From: Carcharhinus longimanus
Taxonomy: Eukaryota
Reading direction: 5' to 3'
DNA length: 64,000 nucleotides
Assembly: GCA_030264375.1 (NCBI GenBank)
Contig: JASCQW010000032.1
Location: 40,453,032 to 40,517,031, forward strand
Shown here: positions 26,001 through 39,911 of the stretch, piece by piece
Layout of the letters: every line of letters starts with the position of its first letter
How positions within the stretch are numbered: position 1 is the stretch's first letter
Notes under the pieces: model-generated
What the model saw: only the letters and a program-made list of their open reading frames with translations
What the model was told of the DNA's origin: nothing
The model's database searches: none
Position numbers and translations under genes: made by a program

Positions 26001-26622
26001 AGTGCGCCGCCGTGTGGCTATTTGCAGAATTAACTATCCTGGCAATGACTATCACTGTAAACTAGTCTCGCTGTTTTGACACTTTTTAATGAGCTAATCA
26101 AATTATATATGTCATGGTCATTTAAGTAAGATATGCAAACAGTAAAGTCATACTTAGATCAGTATTGTATATTACAAGAATGCAGTGAATGCCCAGGTTT
26201 ACATCGGAAATTCTATTGAGTCGTAAATTACATTTTCTCTCATTGCCATGGAAACCAACATACTCGTGGGCGATTGGTATAGTGTTTGGACGCATGATGA
26301 ACATTTTTGACTCGTACGGTTTGCAAGAGAATAAGCAATATGGGGATATAGTGCTCCTATCTGTTCAGCATGGGAGAACAAAGGAGCCTTCGTACTTATT
26401 AACGCAAAAATACTTCGGGTGTATTGCTCAATGTAACTTTTGGAAACGTACACACACTCAGTTAAAATAGAGATATATTAAGGAAATAGCATTTTCACAT
26501 TCATTGTTTGTGGCCTTCAGCACGCGCACTTTAACAACACGTTATAGTTGTTGAAGTTTTTGTCTTAAGGAGGGAAGCTGCAAGAACAATCCAACAGCCA
26601 CCCGGCGCCTATGCCTTCAAAA

Positions 26623-26660
26623 AGGTTAAAGGTGATGACCTTGACATTATAGAAGTTCAA
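26623..26660. promoter_or_regulatory. Nuclear-receptor half-site cluster 3' of HoxD11 (candidate equivalent of mouse region IX)
   Basis: AGGTTA-A-AGGTGA (DR1) abuts TGACCTTGACA (minus strand TGTCAAGGTCA), followed by AGTTCA. It lies between D11 and D10, where a conserved nuclear-receptor element is known in mouse. Confidence 0.5.
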
Positions 26661-27390
26661 AGACAACATTATAAGAATTCTCTTTTCAACATATACCCGA
26701 GCATGCTCACGAGGAGATGCGACGTTGTCAGTATCACCCTGGTCTTCATTAGGTTTAACAAATTTGATTGATGTAACTTATGTGAGATGCAGATTTTTTT
26801 TTCNNNNNNNNNNNNNNNNNNNNNNNNNNNNNNNNNNNNNNNNNNNNNNNNNNNNNNNNNNNNNNNNNNNNNNTTTCGATTCTTTTGTTTGGTATGTGGT
26901 GCAGGAGCCTTCCTTAGTGACTAGAAGGTGTAATAAGTCGCCATTAGGCTGGTTAGAGCAGTGAACTTTACGATGTTGTCTAGACAGTTCAAGGTTTTGT
27001 AAACAGCAATGCTATGTCATGCGGCACGGAAACGTTTTTCCCCCGAAAAAAAAATTAAACGTTTTGAGAAGTCTTATTTACTGTGTCACAGGGACACGGA
27101 TTAGTTTCAAGTTATCATATGTTATTTATACACGTAAGTAATTCCTTCTGTAAGAAATTCGTTTAATTTTGATTATACGCTGCCATTGCCCCTTTTCTCA
27201 CCATGAAGTGGAAAAAATATGTCAATTAATTTCCAGATGTAAATATGTTTCCTCCAATTTTGTTTTTCAAATTGCAATTAACTATCATGTTTATCGGCGA
27301 ACAGCCAGGTCAAATTTCGGCTTTTCGTTTTTAAACAGAAACATTCGTGGAGACGCATTATACATGAGCCAGGCAGTAATCTGTAATATA

Positions 27391-27474
27391 AACAAAAAAA
27401 CTGGAAGTATTCAGTAGATGAAGCACCATCTGTTATACTTCAGATTTCCAGTATCCGCATTACTTAGTACTTGT
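27391..27474. mobile_element. Internally deleted remnant of the same palindromic repeat family
   Basis: AAAAACTGGAAGTATTCAGTAGATGAAGCACCATCTGT resembles the arm at 16690-16730 and is followed by TTCAGATTTCCAGTATCCGCA, an opposite-end motif. Confidence 0.5.
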
Positions 27475-28239
27475 GCAGTAAATTGCTGTGTACTTGGGAG
27501 ATTAACGATATTGGATCTTCCAAATGAATTGGTGTCCTTAATCTGGTCTGCTTAGTATACTCAAATTCATTTTAAAAAAGTTTATTTATAAGATTTCTTA
27601 GAAGACTTGTTTTCATTTGAGACAGAACACATACTAACACATGCATTTATCATGAAATGTCAACTAGTTTGTAATCTTTAAACAGAATTGTTAACATTGC
27701 AACAGGTTTAGACATTTCTAGCTACGATATGTTAGAGTTAATGAATGAAATAAATTGGAAAAACGTAAAATAATAAATATGCATTTCTTCTTTTCATGGG
27801 AATACATACACGTTGAACAAGAATGGTTAGTTTGGTTATACAATGACTAAAACACAAATAGAAAATACTATATTATCTGATTGACCTATCGCTGTGAACG
27901 AAAGACTGCTCCATTCCAGCCCCCAATTACCCCGGTTTATTGTTAAAAATGAGCACGCTGTTTTTTTATGCCGTGATCAAACCTCTTCCGTTGGAATCGA
28001 ATAACACAAATACTGAGGTAAGGATGTTCCCTAATTTACATTTCGGCCATGATTCCCGCACAACCGTGTCACCTTAAATTCGATTCTACGTCGATCGCAT
28101 TAAGGGCCGTCTGCTTTCCAAAGAAGAACAACAAAACTATTCCCTCATACTTGCAAGTCACTCCTTCTGTAAATAAATATCGACTAAGGCAATGGAGAGT
28201 TGGTCGGAGAGAATCCACCAGAGTTAAGTTGTATCATAG

Positions 28240-28472
28240 TCACAGTAAAGGGTTGCCAGTAAAAAAGTGAAGGCGGTCTCTGCTAAGTTTCTTTTCCTTC
28301 ATTCTTCGATTCTGGAACCAAATTTTCACTTGTCGATCGGTGAGGTTTAACATTCTCGACAACTGCAAGCGCTTCTCTTTGTTTATGTAAACATTGAAGA
28401 AAAATTCTCGTTCAAGTTCCCGGATTTGATATTTGGTGTAAGGACATCTTTTCTTTCTGCATCGCAGAGCGG
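28240..28472 (-). CDS. hoxd11: HoxD11 exon 2 (homeobox)
   Basis: Acceptor TTCCCATCAG|CC. Encodes [76 protein letters not shown]. Joined CDS is 828 nt (275 aa). Confidence 0.96.
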
Positions 28473-29037
28473 CTGATGGGAACACAGTAAAACGTAAGGT
28501 TACAAAGTATCAAATAGCAACTGACGTGTTCTTAATTCCTTCTACATAAACTCGACAGCAAATGTTGTAAATAATGTTCGACTTGCCCAATATATCCTGA
28601 TAGGACTATTTACTAACTGATGACTTTTTTTAAAAAAATGAAAAAGCTTAAATTAGGTTTTCTTTTATGAAGCATAATTTTCCTTACACTCGCATTGAAA
28701 TCAACAATCGCAGGGGTAACTGTCATAATTAAAACTTTGCCTTGTTACCCTAGAGGAAAAACCTTGGCAATGAATAGAAATCAGAAAAAAAAAACCCTCC
28801 GGTAAAATTACAATGACTATTCAAATCATTATATAAAGTTAAAATCGACTATTCGTGATTTTACATATTCAAAAAGCCCACCTAAACCGATTTCCCGTCG
28901 TAAACAACGTTTACAACTTTAAAACAGATCTTATAGGGTATATAAAATCCTTCGTCTGCTTATAAAATTTCACATAAAATCTGTGAGGCAAAATGTGTTG
29001 GCCCTGTATTCTAACCCCGGGTTACTACTGCACCTAC

Positions 29038-29632
29038 TGGATAGGCTGCTTTTGTCGGCCACACTGTTACCGGAGAACTCCACCGTGGTCTTTTCGGTCG
29101 CAGTTTCTTTTTCCTGCCGGGAAGAAACTTTCTCAGATGCTGAGATACTCTGGCACGCCGACACAGACTTTTCGGTCAACTGTTCATAGTTAGCGGAGTC
29201 AGAAATTCCATAAGCCGTCTCAAAGAACTGATCGAAACCTTGAGGGAGAATTCCATTCCTGCCAACAGCAGTGTAGAAATTGCAAGATGGATTTGAACTT
29301 CCACGCTGGCTGTATACGGAATCGCTTTTAAACAGCATCCCCGCCCTGCTTGGTGGTTGCATGTAGTCTCTATGCATGATTTCTTCTGCCGTGCAATAAG
29401 GAGCATAGTTGCTCCTGTAATGCCACTTAGCCGGACGTTCTAAAGCGTAATCTCGGAACGCCACTTCACGGACAGGTTGAACCTGGGTTAAATTGGAGGA
29501 GTAAGGAAATGTCATTTGGCAAGAGGTGCTCTGCGGTAAAAATGTTGAGAAATCTGGGGCTGAAACATAGTACGTGCAGCTGGGCAGATACATACTGGAA
29601 CCGCAAGTACCAAGGTCTTCAAACTCTGTCAT
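29038..29632 (-). CDS. hoxd11: HoxD11 exon 1
   Basis: [24 protein letters not shown]..., [12 protein letters not shown] and [15 protein letters not shown]. Phase-1 donor A|GTAGGT at 29037. An in-frame upstream ATG at 29686 would add 18 aa. Confidence 0.94.
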
Positions 29633-29770
29633 ATTTTGCTTTCGGAGTTGCGAGGCCGAATTATCAGGATTGATGATGTTAAACATGCTCCATCTATTCT
29701 ACCCTAAAAGCGTATGAACAGGGCCGGCGGAGAAAAAAATTGGAAACGCAAGTTGACGTGCAATTCATCT

Positions 29771-29808
29771 TGATTGATTCTAAGGCTAAACGAGTCATGT
29801 GATCCAAT
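29771..29808 (-). promoter_or_regulatory. HoxD11 proximal promoter motifs
   Basis: TGATTGAT (Pbx-type) 29771-29778, E-box TCATGTGA 29795-29802 and CCAAT 29804-29808. Confidence 0.5.
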
Positions 29809-32800
29809 GTAGAAATTACCATAGATCAGTTTTGGTCATTAAGATCCATCCTTTGGAACTCGAAGGTAATACCGTCGAAATTAGCCTATCGCCTTTCAGG
29901 CGGTGCTAGGTAGCTGCGTTCCCTTCCCGGTGCCAATGATTTGCCCTGTGACTAAGTATAAAGCAAACACAGTAACAAATAATTTAATTGACATACCGCA
30001 CTCTGTCACAGATACCTTTCTATATTTGGAAACTCCAAAAACATCGGCGCTGTTTCATTAACTGTTGAGGTCGTGTTCATAATATAAAACTATATTCTAC
30101 CAAATAGGCAGAATTCTTAATGTCTTAAAATATAAAACTTTATTTTTCTACATGTGCTAATACAAGTAACAAGGGGGAGCTCCAAGTCATTTCGTGGTGG
30201 GTGAACCGAATTACAAGATCCTGCCTAAACTCTACTTCAAGGTCGGATTGATGTGTTAACGCAGTTTCATTATATATCTCAGAGTAAGGAAATTAGATGG
30301 AATATGTCTATTCAAGGACGATAACGACATTATTCACTTTTATTTCGAAACTGGTGGCTTGCAACTTTTCGATTCGATTTCTAAGTTCGGATTTGACATA
30401 TGCCATAGCCAAGAATATGCACATGGTTGAAGCCATTCCCTACTGCTGAGCCTCATTATGTTACCGCCAAAAAAAGATTTCCTTCATTAATTGTCTAGAT
30501 ATTATTGTTTACATTACGCAAATTAGCCATCCAATGATCGCGCGAGTTTAACACTATCTTCGACATAAATCGTAAATATGCAAATTAAACAAGGTTTGGA
30601 GTTGAGCGCCTCTAGAACTGCATCGCTATTTTGACATTAACGTTAAAATATGGCTGCACTGCAATATTTAAATAATGACCATAATATCAGGCTTGCTCGA
30701 GGCGTACATTTCTCATTGCAATTTCAAAAGTTAATATCCATGATTTGCATAAATTGGAAACGACATGTGGAGACTCTGTTGGGCAACTGGAGTGAGTTCA
30801 GAAATCTGAGAATGCAAACGAGTGCATCGCCGAGTTATTCCGTAATCTCTCCCATCGGCAGAAGCCAATATGTGGAGCCTAATTAAATATCTGCAGGGAA
30901 GCGAAATTCTTGTTTGAATACAGCTCGAATCTGCAAATATGGATCATCTTCGACCCGTTTAAGCGAAGGCCAATCAAGCAAAAGATATATAAACTGATAT
31001 TTCCATGTACCAGCTTGGAGGGTGTGGGAGGAGGCAGCTCCACGGAGAAAAAAAATCATATTTAATTATGGAAGGAAATCTACTCATGTTCCAATTTGCG
31101 CTTACACACTGATTAAATATTGCATGTCATTTATCCCTCAAGACCGAGCAGGAGGTAGCGCTCTGATCAATATTTGTTTACTTTGGTCGGATTGCAATAG
31201 ACATATAATATTGTCCGTATATTTCAATTAGACAAAAATTCTGTGTAATTAATTCGAGCAATCTGAGGATAGTCCCACTTCTCCGAAACGAAACATAATA
31301 AAATGTAAATGTCATTGATTCCAAAAGTAATTATTGTTCGGTTGTAAAGTAAGTTTCCTAAAATATGGATTTAAGTTAAAGGTTTGAATCCCACCAATGT
31401 GTTAAGTTTCGATTTGTTCACTCCATTCTCGTCAAACTTGCACACGCACTTCTAAAATGTAACATCCGACTGTTGTTAGTATAAAGTGCGTGACCTGGTA
31501 TCGTTTTAATTAATCGGGACTAAAACGCAATGTTGTCTTTGTGTATTTATTGTAAAATAATAACGATAATTAACCTCAAATTAAATCAAAATTTGAAATT
31601 TCCTAACGCAGCACGGCTGAGTGATCTAGTATGTCGACCGTGATCGCCAATACAGCAGAATAAGCCACATTGCAATGTAGATAGCGTGTTGAGCATTACA
31701 CCGACACAATCTTTTGAAATAAGGGACCTCTTTCTTATAAATATTGATTCATTTTAAATTTTCTTCCTCTTGAATGTAATGCATCCTTTATGTAGTTAGT
31801 AAAAACATCATCGTTGCGTATTCTATTAATAGATTACGGAACTCGCTTAAGCATGCACTGGTTATAATATGGCTTTCCTTTCTGCGTATAATGGTTGTAA
31901 AGCTCAAATGTACTGGCCATGGGCTCGATGTCATTTCCAAGCAATTTCCAATCATCAACCGTTATGAAGATACGCACTAATTCAGTCACATAACATTAGT
32001 CCTTGTGTTAAAAGACCCGGTTCAATACTATGGCAATGGCTGTAAATGGAAAGGGAATTAAAAGTGCCCTTTGTTCTCATCTCGTGTTCAGATGACCAAT
32101 TCGGCCTGTATTGAATGTTAAATGCGGACAAATACCTAATAACTTGTTTAACATCGATGGGGGGAGGGGGAGGGAAGCAAAGGCGGTTCTGGTATACCAT
32201 GTAAAGAATTTTATAGGATATAAGTTAGGATCGTTATTCTCTTACACACATGGAGCAAAAAGGCGACGCACAGGGAAAGTTTGTCTGGCGTATTTCTTTC
32301 TTACTCAATTCTTCAAATCGGCGATTTGTTCTTTCACGTTGCCGTCCTAGGCAAAATATTAGCGTCTTCTTTGCTTTTTTTGAACAGAGCGCGGCGTTAA
32401 GTATTTCGAATGTGGAAAAAAAAAGCCCTCATTAGTCAAGCGAAGTCCACGATCAGTAGGTATGTTAGACTTGTGCAATGCAAAAAGAGACACTAACTTG
32501 ACCTTAACTTTGTTATGGCGCCCCCAGTATCTGGAGAACATGTACAGACACTGTCTGGCAGCTCGACCCATAAAAGTGAGATGAAAAAGAGATTCCGAGC
32601 CATTTCGACCTAATGTCGGACAAATTTCCAAAGCTCTGGGTTATACTGCGGCAAATATGATAACCTTGATACATTTTGGTGCTGGAGTAATTTACTGTAC
32701 ACAATTATCTCGCAAATTATTGGAAATTACACTCTGGGACGATGTAAGCACAGTTATTTCCACTTGCGGTATAATGATTAAAGGGGGCGGGTTGTGGGGG

Positions 32801-35800
32801 CGGTCAGAAATTCAGCACCAACCTCAGGTCTCATCATCCCTCCGAACGCAGCAGTTGGAAAAATAGAGCCTTAGCCATTTCCCTCCGTTTCGAATTCAAT
32901 TTGAAAGTCAATTTACAATGCCGGAATGCTGGGCTCTCAGTCTATTTTTAATTAATGCTTGGACTAGAAGGGTAATCACGCTGTTAGCGCTAACATTTTT
33001 AACATTAGCGAANNNNNNNNNNACATGTTGATGAATGTGCATTAAAATGTTTAGGACCTCTTAGAGACCCATTCGACCAGTTCCGACGAATTGGAGGCGC
33101 TTTTCGGGGTCGCATTATTTTCTAATCTGGCTCTTGTGGTGGTCTTTTTGGTGTTTGTTAGAAGGTCCCTCACTACCACCCATCCATACTGCTGACCTAC
33201 GTGGCGTTTTCATTAGTTCACAGTGCTTGTAAGACAAGCTCACCAAATTCAACCGGTTCCAAGTGCACACTCATGCTAATTCTACCCGACTTTCTAAAAT
33301 TTGAGCAATGTAAATTACTTTATGTAACCCTTTTCATTGTATTTATAAATATGTGCAATTTCATGCCAAAAGTTTATATTCCTAGTAATAGATTTTGATG
33401 AAATCTTTAATTATTTAAATACATGTTTTACCTCTGGTGATAGTGGAGGAACCTTCATTTCAGAGTAACGTAGTTTAAGTGTTTCCCATAGCACCTGTCT
33501 TTTTGAAATGCAAAGTGGCATCCACAATAATAGCAACCTTTCCATTCATTTCCATCACCCAGTCATTGCAGGAGTGCGCTGTAACATCTGGGCTGTAGGC
33601 ACCTACATTAATTTCTTGGGGCTGATACAATCACGGGGACCAGGGATATGAAAAGTCGCTTTGACACCCGCAAATTATTAAATGCCAACCCAGCATCAAA
33701 TTAATGGCATTGAAATAATTTAAAATGGGTGTGCGCATTGTTTGCATCGAAAGTCGTATTTCTATATCTCGCCTGAAAACAAATTCTCCGAATTTCATAG
33801 GCCTAATTGTCGATACACACTTTAAAAGAAATCTGGACATAGTTAAGGCCTGTTGCCAAAGCAGGTACTGCCTGGAAAATGCCCAGAATTAAATATCTAA
33901 TTACCTTCAATCACAGAGAACTTTCATTTGCGTTGATATATTTCATTAAAACTCCTTTAAAGGTTCATGAAATCGCACGGTGCATGTTTAATTAAAGTCC
34001 AGACAAATGGCGGGGTTAGAAATAATGGCTGCTTCTGCCCACCCACGTCCTGATTTGCGAGAATGAGAAGCGAAGTGACTGCAACTCATTCATTCTCGTT
34101 TACATTTTCTGCTAACTGCCCAGGCTCAAGTACAAAGATTATCTCCACCAAACCCTCATTTTAATAAACATGACTTATTCGCATCGAAATGTAGCTTTCC
34201 ATTTTTAAATGAGGTAGAAATCCGCCGTTCTTGTGACCGTCAAATCAAAAAGAATGAAGGAAGCTGGCATTGCCATAAAAGGAAGTGCAACAATAATTAT
34301 CAAAAGAGGTTGATAGCACTTGACTCCACTCTAAAAAAAACATTATTTCCAAACTTCTAAACTATTCCAAGAAAAATGTTCCAGCGGCGAATTGAATGGT
34401 CGCCAACCCGTATGAAACGAATGAATAAAAGTCGCATTCTCGTTTCAAATGAAAGAAATACGTGGCGCCGTGCATCCGGGTCAAATCATATTCAAATTAC
34501 AGCAAAGGTTCAATTATTTCATTTTATTTTGTTTCGTAAGTTTGCCTTTTTTGTACAGAAACCTACTGTCTCTGATTATTAAGAATGGGAATTATTGTAA
34601 ACTAATAGTAACATCTGAGAGAGGGACATTATCAAGGTTCGATGGAAATAGGGGCGCGCTGTAAATGAAAAACAGTAATTCTCAAACTAGCGAATTAAAC
34701 GGGTTGTTACAGAACCAAATTCCAGCTGAATACAAATACATGTCCACTGGATGTATTTGTATATTGTACGCTTTCTATTGGTGCCCAAATCTTGCGTTAC
34801 GATTGGGGTATGAACACAATTGAAGATAAATATTTGCCTCATTGAATCTGGATGCAACCTCCTTAAATGTTGCTGTTCCTCCTGATCCGAATTCTTAGAA
34901 GCCTCAGATTTTGTACAATTTAAATCCAAGTAGATCAGCAAGCACTGAAAGCCTACAGATCTCCCTATCGGAAATTGATGGGCGAAAATTGTTTGGCGCG
35001 TATGCACAGTGAGCAGGCAATATTGCTCCAGCAATGATACAATCATGTGAAGGCGATTAGCTCCGAAACTCTGTAATCAGTCTATTTAGCAAGTCAAAAT
35101 TTACCATCTTCTAACTATGCATCAGGTGGATATAATGTGTTCCCAATTAATCGCTATTGTATTATTATTGAAACTTATTCTGAAATCAGGCGTTGACTTA
35201 CTGTTACTGGAGTGGAAACGACTGCAATAAATCATTTGTGGAAAAAATTGCGAGGCGTGCTTCTTTATTTTTATTTAGCTCAATATGGGCCTTTAAAGGG
35301 TCCCAGAAAAGTACAATTCCATAACAATGCATCACCTCTGTGTTTATTATTTTGAATTTCTGGCACCGTTGTTTATTTATTTTGTTCTATGTGTTGCATT
35401 CAATTTCTGCAGAGCAACTCTGAATTCGGAAGCCGAAGTTCTCGCTGCTTTGAAAACACTAACTATACTGGGCAGTCACAGAACGTCAATAATATCAACA
35501 CCTTCCCATTCACACAGACCACGAACACCTATTGTGGACCCGCATTGTTAGCGAAAAACAAATGCAATAGCCCGAATGGATATGCATCTTTATCAGATTT
35601 CCACACACCTCTGTATTAATCAATTGTCCGCCTCCGGCTTCACAGCACGTTTACAAAACATGATTTGTACATACAAATGAAAAATTGCTTCGTCCTTCAT
35701 TTTATTAGAACTCAATTTACATAGGTAGAGTGCATGCATAATATTTATATATTTAAGATTTAAATTCGAATGTTCCATTCTAATTACCTGTTGTACTTAC

Positions 35801-36264
35801 ATTCTCAAAATGCAGAATATCTGCTTGTTACTCTTCTGGACAGTCATGTGGCAATTTTTTTTAAAAAAAATGAGGAAACAAAATCATTACAAATGTCTTT
35901 GAAACTAATACATGATGATGAGAAGACGCCGGCACGTTATTCACGGACAGCAAAGTACAGGCCACAACAAGTCAAATTTGTGCCTTGCGATCAGTGTCCT
36001 GCTATAGCAAATGTTCACGAGGTATCCGTAGTTTGCATCTCAGTCCCTGTATGTTGCTGATGTTTAACTAAGCCAACACGCCATGGACTAGTGGCAGTGG
36101 CGATGTAATGTTAGATTGCTGTTTTATATGACAGCACATCAAAGGAGCACCTATCCATTAAAACAATGGATATTCTTGATCTACATGCTTTCTGCAAGCA
36201 AGCTTAATTACCATAAAAAGTTCAACTCACGACCTTGAAACTCACATTTGAACTTTACTTTGGC

Positions 36265-36503
36265 CTAAAAAAGTGAGAGTGTTTGTTCGCGCATTACAAG
36301 CCTTTTCTTTTTCATGCGTCGGTTTTGAAACCAGATTTTGACTTGTTGGTCGCTCAGATTCAGTCTGTCGGACAACTCTTTCCTCTTCTGTCGGTTGATA
36401 AACTCGTTGGCGAGAAATTCATTCTCAAGTTCAGCTATTTGCTGCTTGGTGTACGGCTTGCGCTTCCTTCTTGACCTCACTTGAGTTGGACACCAGGGCA
36501 GAC
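36265..36503 (-). CDS. hoxd12: HoxD12 exon 2 (homeobox)
   Basis: Acceptor CCTATCAGCAG|GT. Encodes (G)[78 protein letters not shown]. Joined CDS is 819 nt (272 aa). Confidence 0.96.
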
Positions 36504-37275
36504 CTGCTGATAGGGATAGAGAAGAAAAAAAGGCTGAAGCAATCGAAACATTTCGCCACCCACCACCCTCCCCTCCAAACACACCCCTTCACCCCCCAAT
36601 TCTAGAATAATTGACATTTTCAGCACGGTTTGTTCCTCCAGACAGTAGCATTTTTAACACTGCCGGATTTATATTGTTGCGCTTTTTTGAAATGATGTTG
36701 AAACTTCGATCAAAAGATATAGCATTCTCTATTTGTGGTACTTGGTCCTGATGATTTGAAAAAACTAGTAAATTATTATTTCATCTAACAAGCTGGTCAA
36801 ATGGCACAGATGCATTATTTCAGTATTCAAGCATCTTAATGTTCTATAGTCACTGCAGCAGAAACTCACCAATTCTAACAAAGGAATCACCCTGAAAAAT
36901 TGGCTTCATAATAAAATGGCGACAAATTCATTAAAGATTTCTTCGCCATTTAAATAAATGTTAGTTAGAACCCAAACTGCAACATTCAACCTTGTAATTT
37001 TAATTCAATTTCAAATGTTTTGACCTATCATTCATGTACCGCTGCCAAGCCTTCAGTTTCATTGTGTTTATTATCACATCCTAATCATTTTTTGTTTGCA
37101 ATTGCGAGAATCATTTCCCCGCTTTTTCTGAATACAATAACCGCAAGGTTTTCAGGCTCGTTGTTTGATACTCAGTCCATGAAATTCAGGTGAGGGTGAC
37201 AGGTAATACTTTTGGGAAGTCGGGATACTGCAGTTTTCAGAGGATGATCGTTTGAATATTGTACTGATACTATAC

Positions 37276-37855
37276 CGTCGGAGGATCTGTTGCACACTGG
37301 CGTTACTGGTGACTGTAATGACACACTGAGGCTCACACTTTGCTTGATGCCATCGTTTACAGTGGGAGAGTTGGAATTCAATTCAAAGCCTTGGTTATGT
37401 AATGACGAGCCATGCAGAGATGTTTCCACATTTGGGTATTCGTACTTGGCAGGATTGATGTTGACTGAAGAGGGGATGCTGCTATCACTGGGATAAGACT
37501 GATTGTGTCTGCATCTCTCCTCCAGTTTCCGGCTGCTGTCTTGGAAGTAGTATTTGTTAGGCTCTTCGCCGGCCGCTGTCTTGTCTGATCCATGCTTATT
37601 GATGCTGATGGAGACTGAGTTGTTGAGGTAGGATTGAGAGTAGCCGCTAAAGGCGCGGCTCTGCGGCGGCGATGCGCATGGACTCGAAGTCCACGGGAGC
37701 GAGCACACCTCCCTGCGGGTGTAGGAGAGTGCTGGCGACAGAGTTGCCAGTTGAGTCCCATTCGGACGCAGGTTGGCGAAATAGAATGGCTCCGGACTGG
37801 TAAAATTTAACAGGGAGCCGACATAGCCTGAATTTAGCAGATTGTGATCGCACAT
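37276..37855 (-). CDS. hoxd12: HoxD12 exon 1
   Basis: MCDHNLLNSGYVGSLLNFTSPEPFYFANLRPNGTQLATL is a Hox12 N-terminus. Donor G|GTATAG at 37275. Confidence 0.95.
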
Positions 37856-39911
37856 TTCCGAGGAACGCGATCAGACCCTCTCTGTCCCCTATTTAGCTTC
37901 CAGACAGAGATAAACGAAAGACGCTCGCTGATTGGCTCCTTGGTGGTCACAAGACAAGCGGAAACAGCTTTTTTTTCGGGAACCGCCTCCATCCCACTTC
38001 AACTCACATCTGAAATGCCCAAGTACACGTCCGTGTGCACCTTCATCATATTCAATGCCTCTTTAGTCCGACGCAAACTCGCTGAAGTCAACAGGATGCA
38101 TGCACAATTCAGAAAAACATCTTCCAATTTAATAAATTGGACACGCTGATTAAACAGATCTCTGAGTATTTCACATGCCCTAAACGGATTAACGCTTTAT
38201 TGACCCCATGACTTTTTAAAAATAAGTAAGCTTTGAATATCCGAAATGTTCAAACGTTCTCGTGAATCCATCAAATCAATATCAGTTATTCCTGTAAATT
38301 TCATTGCTAAAATTGGTAGTATGGTTTATCCGATCATGCATTATTTTAACTGGTGTCATCCATCTGCGTGGAATAAAAATAAAGCGTTCATTTAAAATAC
38401 CACAGACGTTTTATACTTTAACCCGTTATTTTTAGCTATTTATTAACGGGTAGGTAATATCAATCGCTGTGCGAAGGTCATCTGTGTTTAAACCAGCCAT
38501 GTTTTTATTGTCTTAGTTTGATTATTTTTGTTTAAAATAAACAACGAATATGACGGTAAGCAATGACAATGTTTCAAAACTAAACACGTGAACATTACTG
38601 CAAATTATCTATAGATTTTAGAAAATGTATTCTGCGCCTAACTAGTTAAGGTATATTTTACCATTCGAATAATCAACTAACGCACCAAATATAGCGCGAT
38701 TAAACTCATTCGACTTTTCCAAGTGAACAAAGCCCCACATCAGCATAGCGTCCAATGTGATATAAACAATGGGCATCTTTCTTAATTCTCGCCGTTGAAT
38801 TCAATTACCTAAGACAGTTTTGATTTTTAGAAAATCAGCAAGTTGATTATATTAAAATGTGCTTTCATTTATTAGGCGGAAAGGAAAATGGGCCGGTTCT
38901 TGGTGCGGCCACAATTGAGTTCAAAAATATTGCACAGTCCTTTTGTGTTTGACAATGTGCGGCTTCAAGTAAAAATGTTGAGGTTAAATTCTGCTGTGAG
39001 TTTGTGTTTACAATACTCGCGTTTCGATAATAGCCAGTAAATTGGCGGTGGCCTCCCTTAACATTAGACTGCAACGTTTTATATTTCCCAAGAACGTTGC
39101 CCGTTATGAGAGAACGGCGAATCCTCATTTTATCCTTAGAGAATGAAAATGTTGAACTCAGATTGTGGAGTAAATGCCAACATTTGCAACGCTAGTGTCC
39201 CAGCCAAAATAACACACTTCTCTTTTGCATCGGCTCCTCTTTTCGAATTATTAGCAACTTATTTTAGGCTGATTTTTTTTTCTTAATGCATCACATTTCT
39301 CAGTAATAAAAACATTAAGGCGGCTGGTACTGATTTAACAATTTAACAATAACAATAATATCAAAATATATCGATAGCAGACCAAATTAAATAAAGAAGT
39401 AAATATATTGCGTCTACCTTGTTGAACTATGTAACTAATTCTGGGGACAAATATGACTTTAGATAATTCAATCTGAGACGCCGTTCCTAAGGTAAAACAC
39501 AATTTTATTTCTAACATTGTATCAACTACAGAAATGTGATATTTTAAATATTTTTATTTCCACAACTAATTATTCTTGGTCTGTAAGTTAAGAAATGACT
39601 TTTTTCCCGCTCATGTATATATTTATCTATTTACAATTTGACACGAATTGACCCTTTCTGTTAAAATCATGTGCTTTAAAATCAAAGCAACACCGCCACC
39701 ACATCCTCACCGGAAAGGAAAACCACCGGTCGATCTTTGTCCTTTTTATGATCTCACGATGCCCTAAAAATGCCGAACCAGTTTCTTTAGTAAAACTTCA
39801 AAATCCAAGCGTAATTGCGAACAAGGGGCGCTTAACCGAAGGCGCGTCTACACCTAACACTTAATGCAAAAAAAAACCCCTCGGAATAACTCCAGAAAAA
39901 TGAAACTCCTC

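Noticed and set aside
20900-35700. Numerous 60-140 aa intergenic ORFs
   Set aside because: Mostly non-ATG starts with AT-rich random composition and no recognisable domains.
4910-37275. C-terminal tails of the exon-1 ORFs in the ORF track (e.g. ...GWIY, ...KCKNCS, ...EHLKDLI, ...IVSVQ)
   Set aside because: Read-through into introns past clear GT donors.
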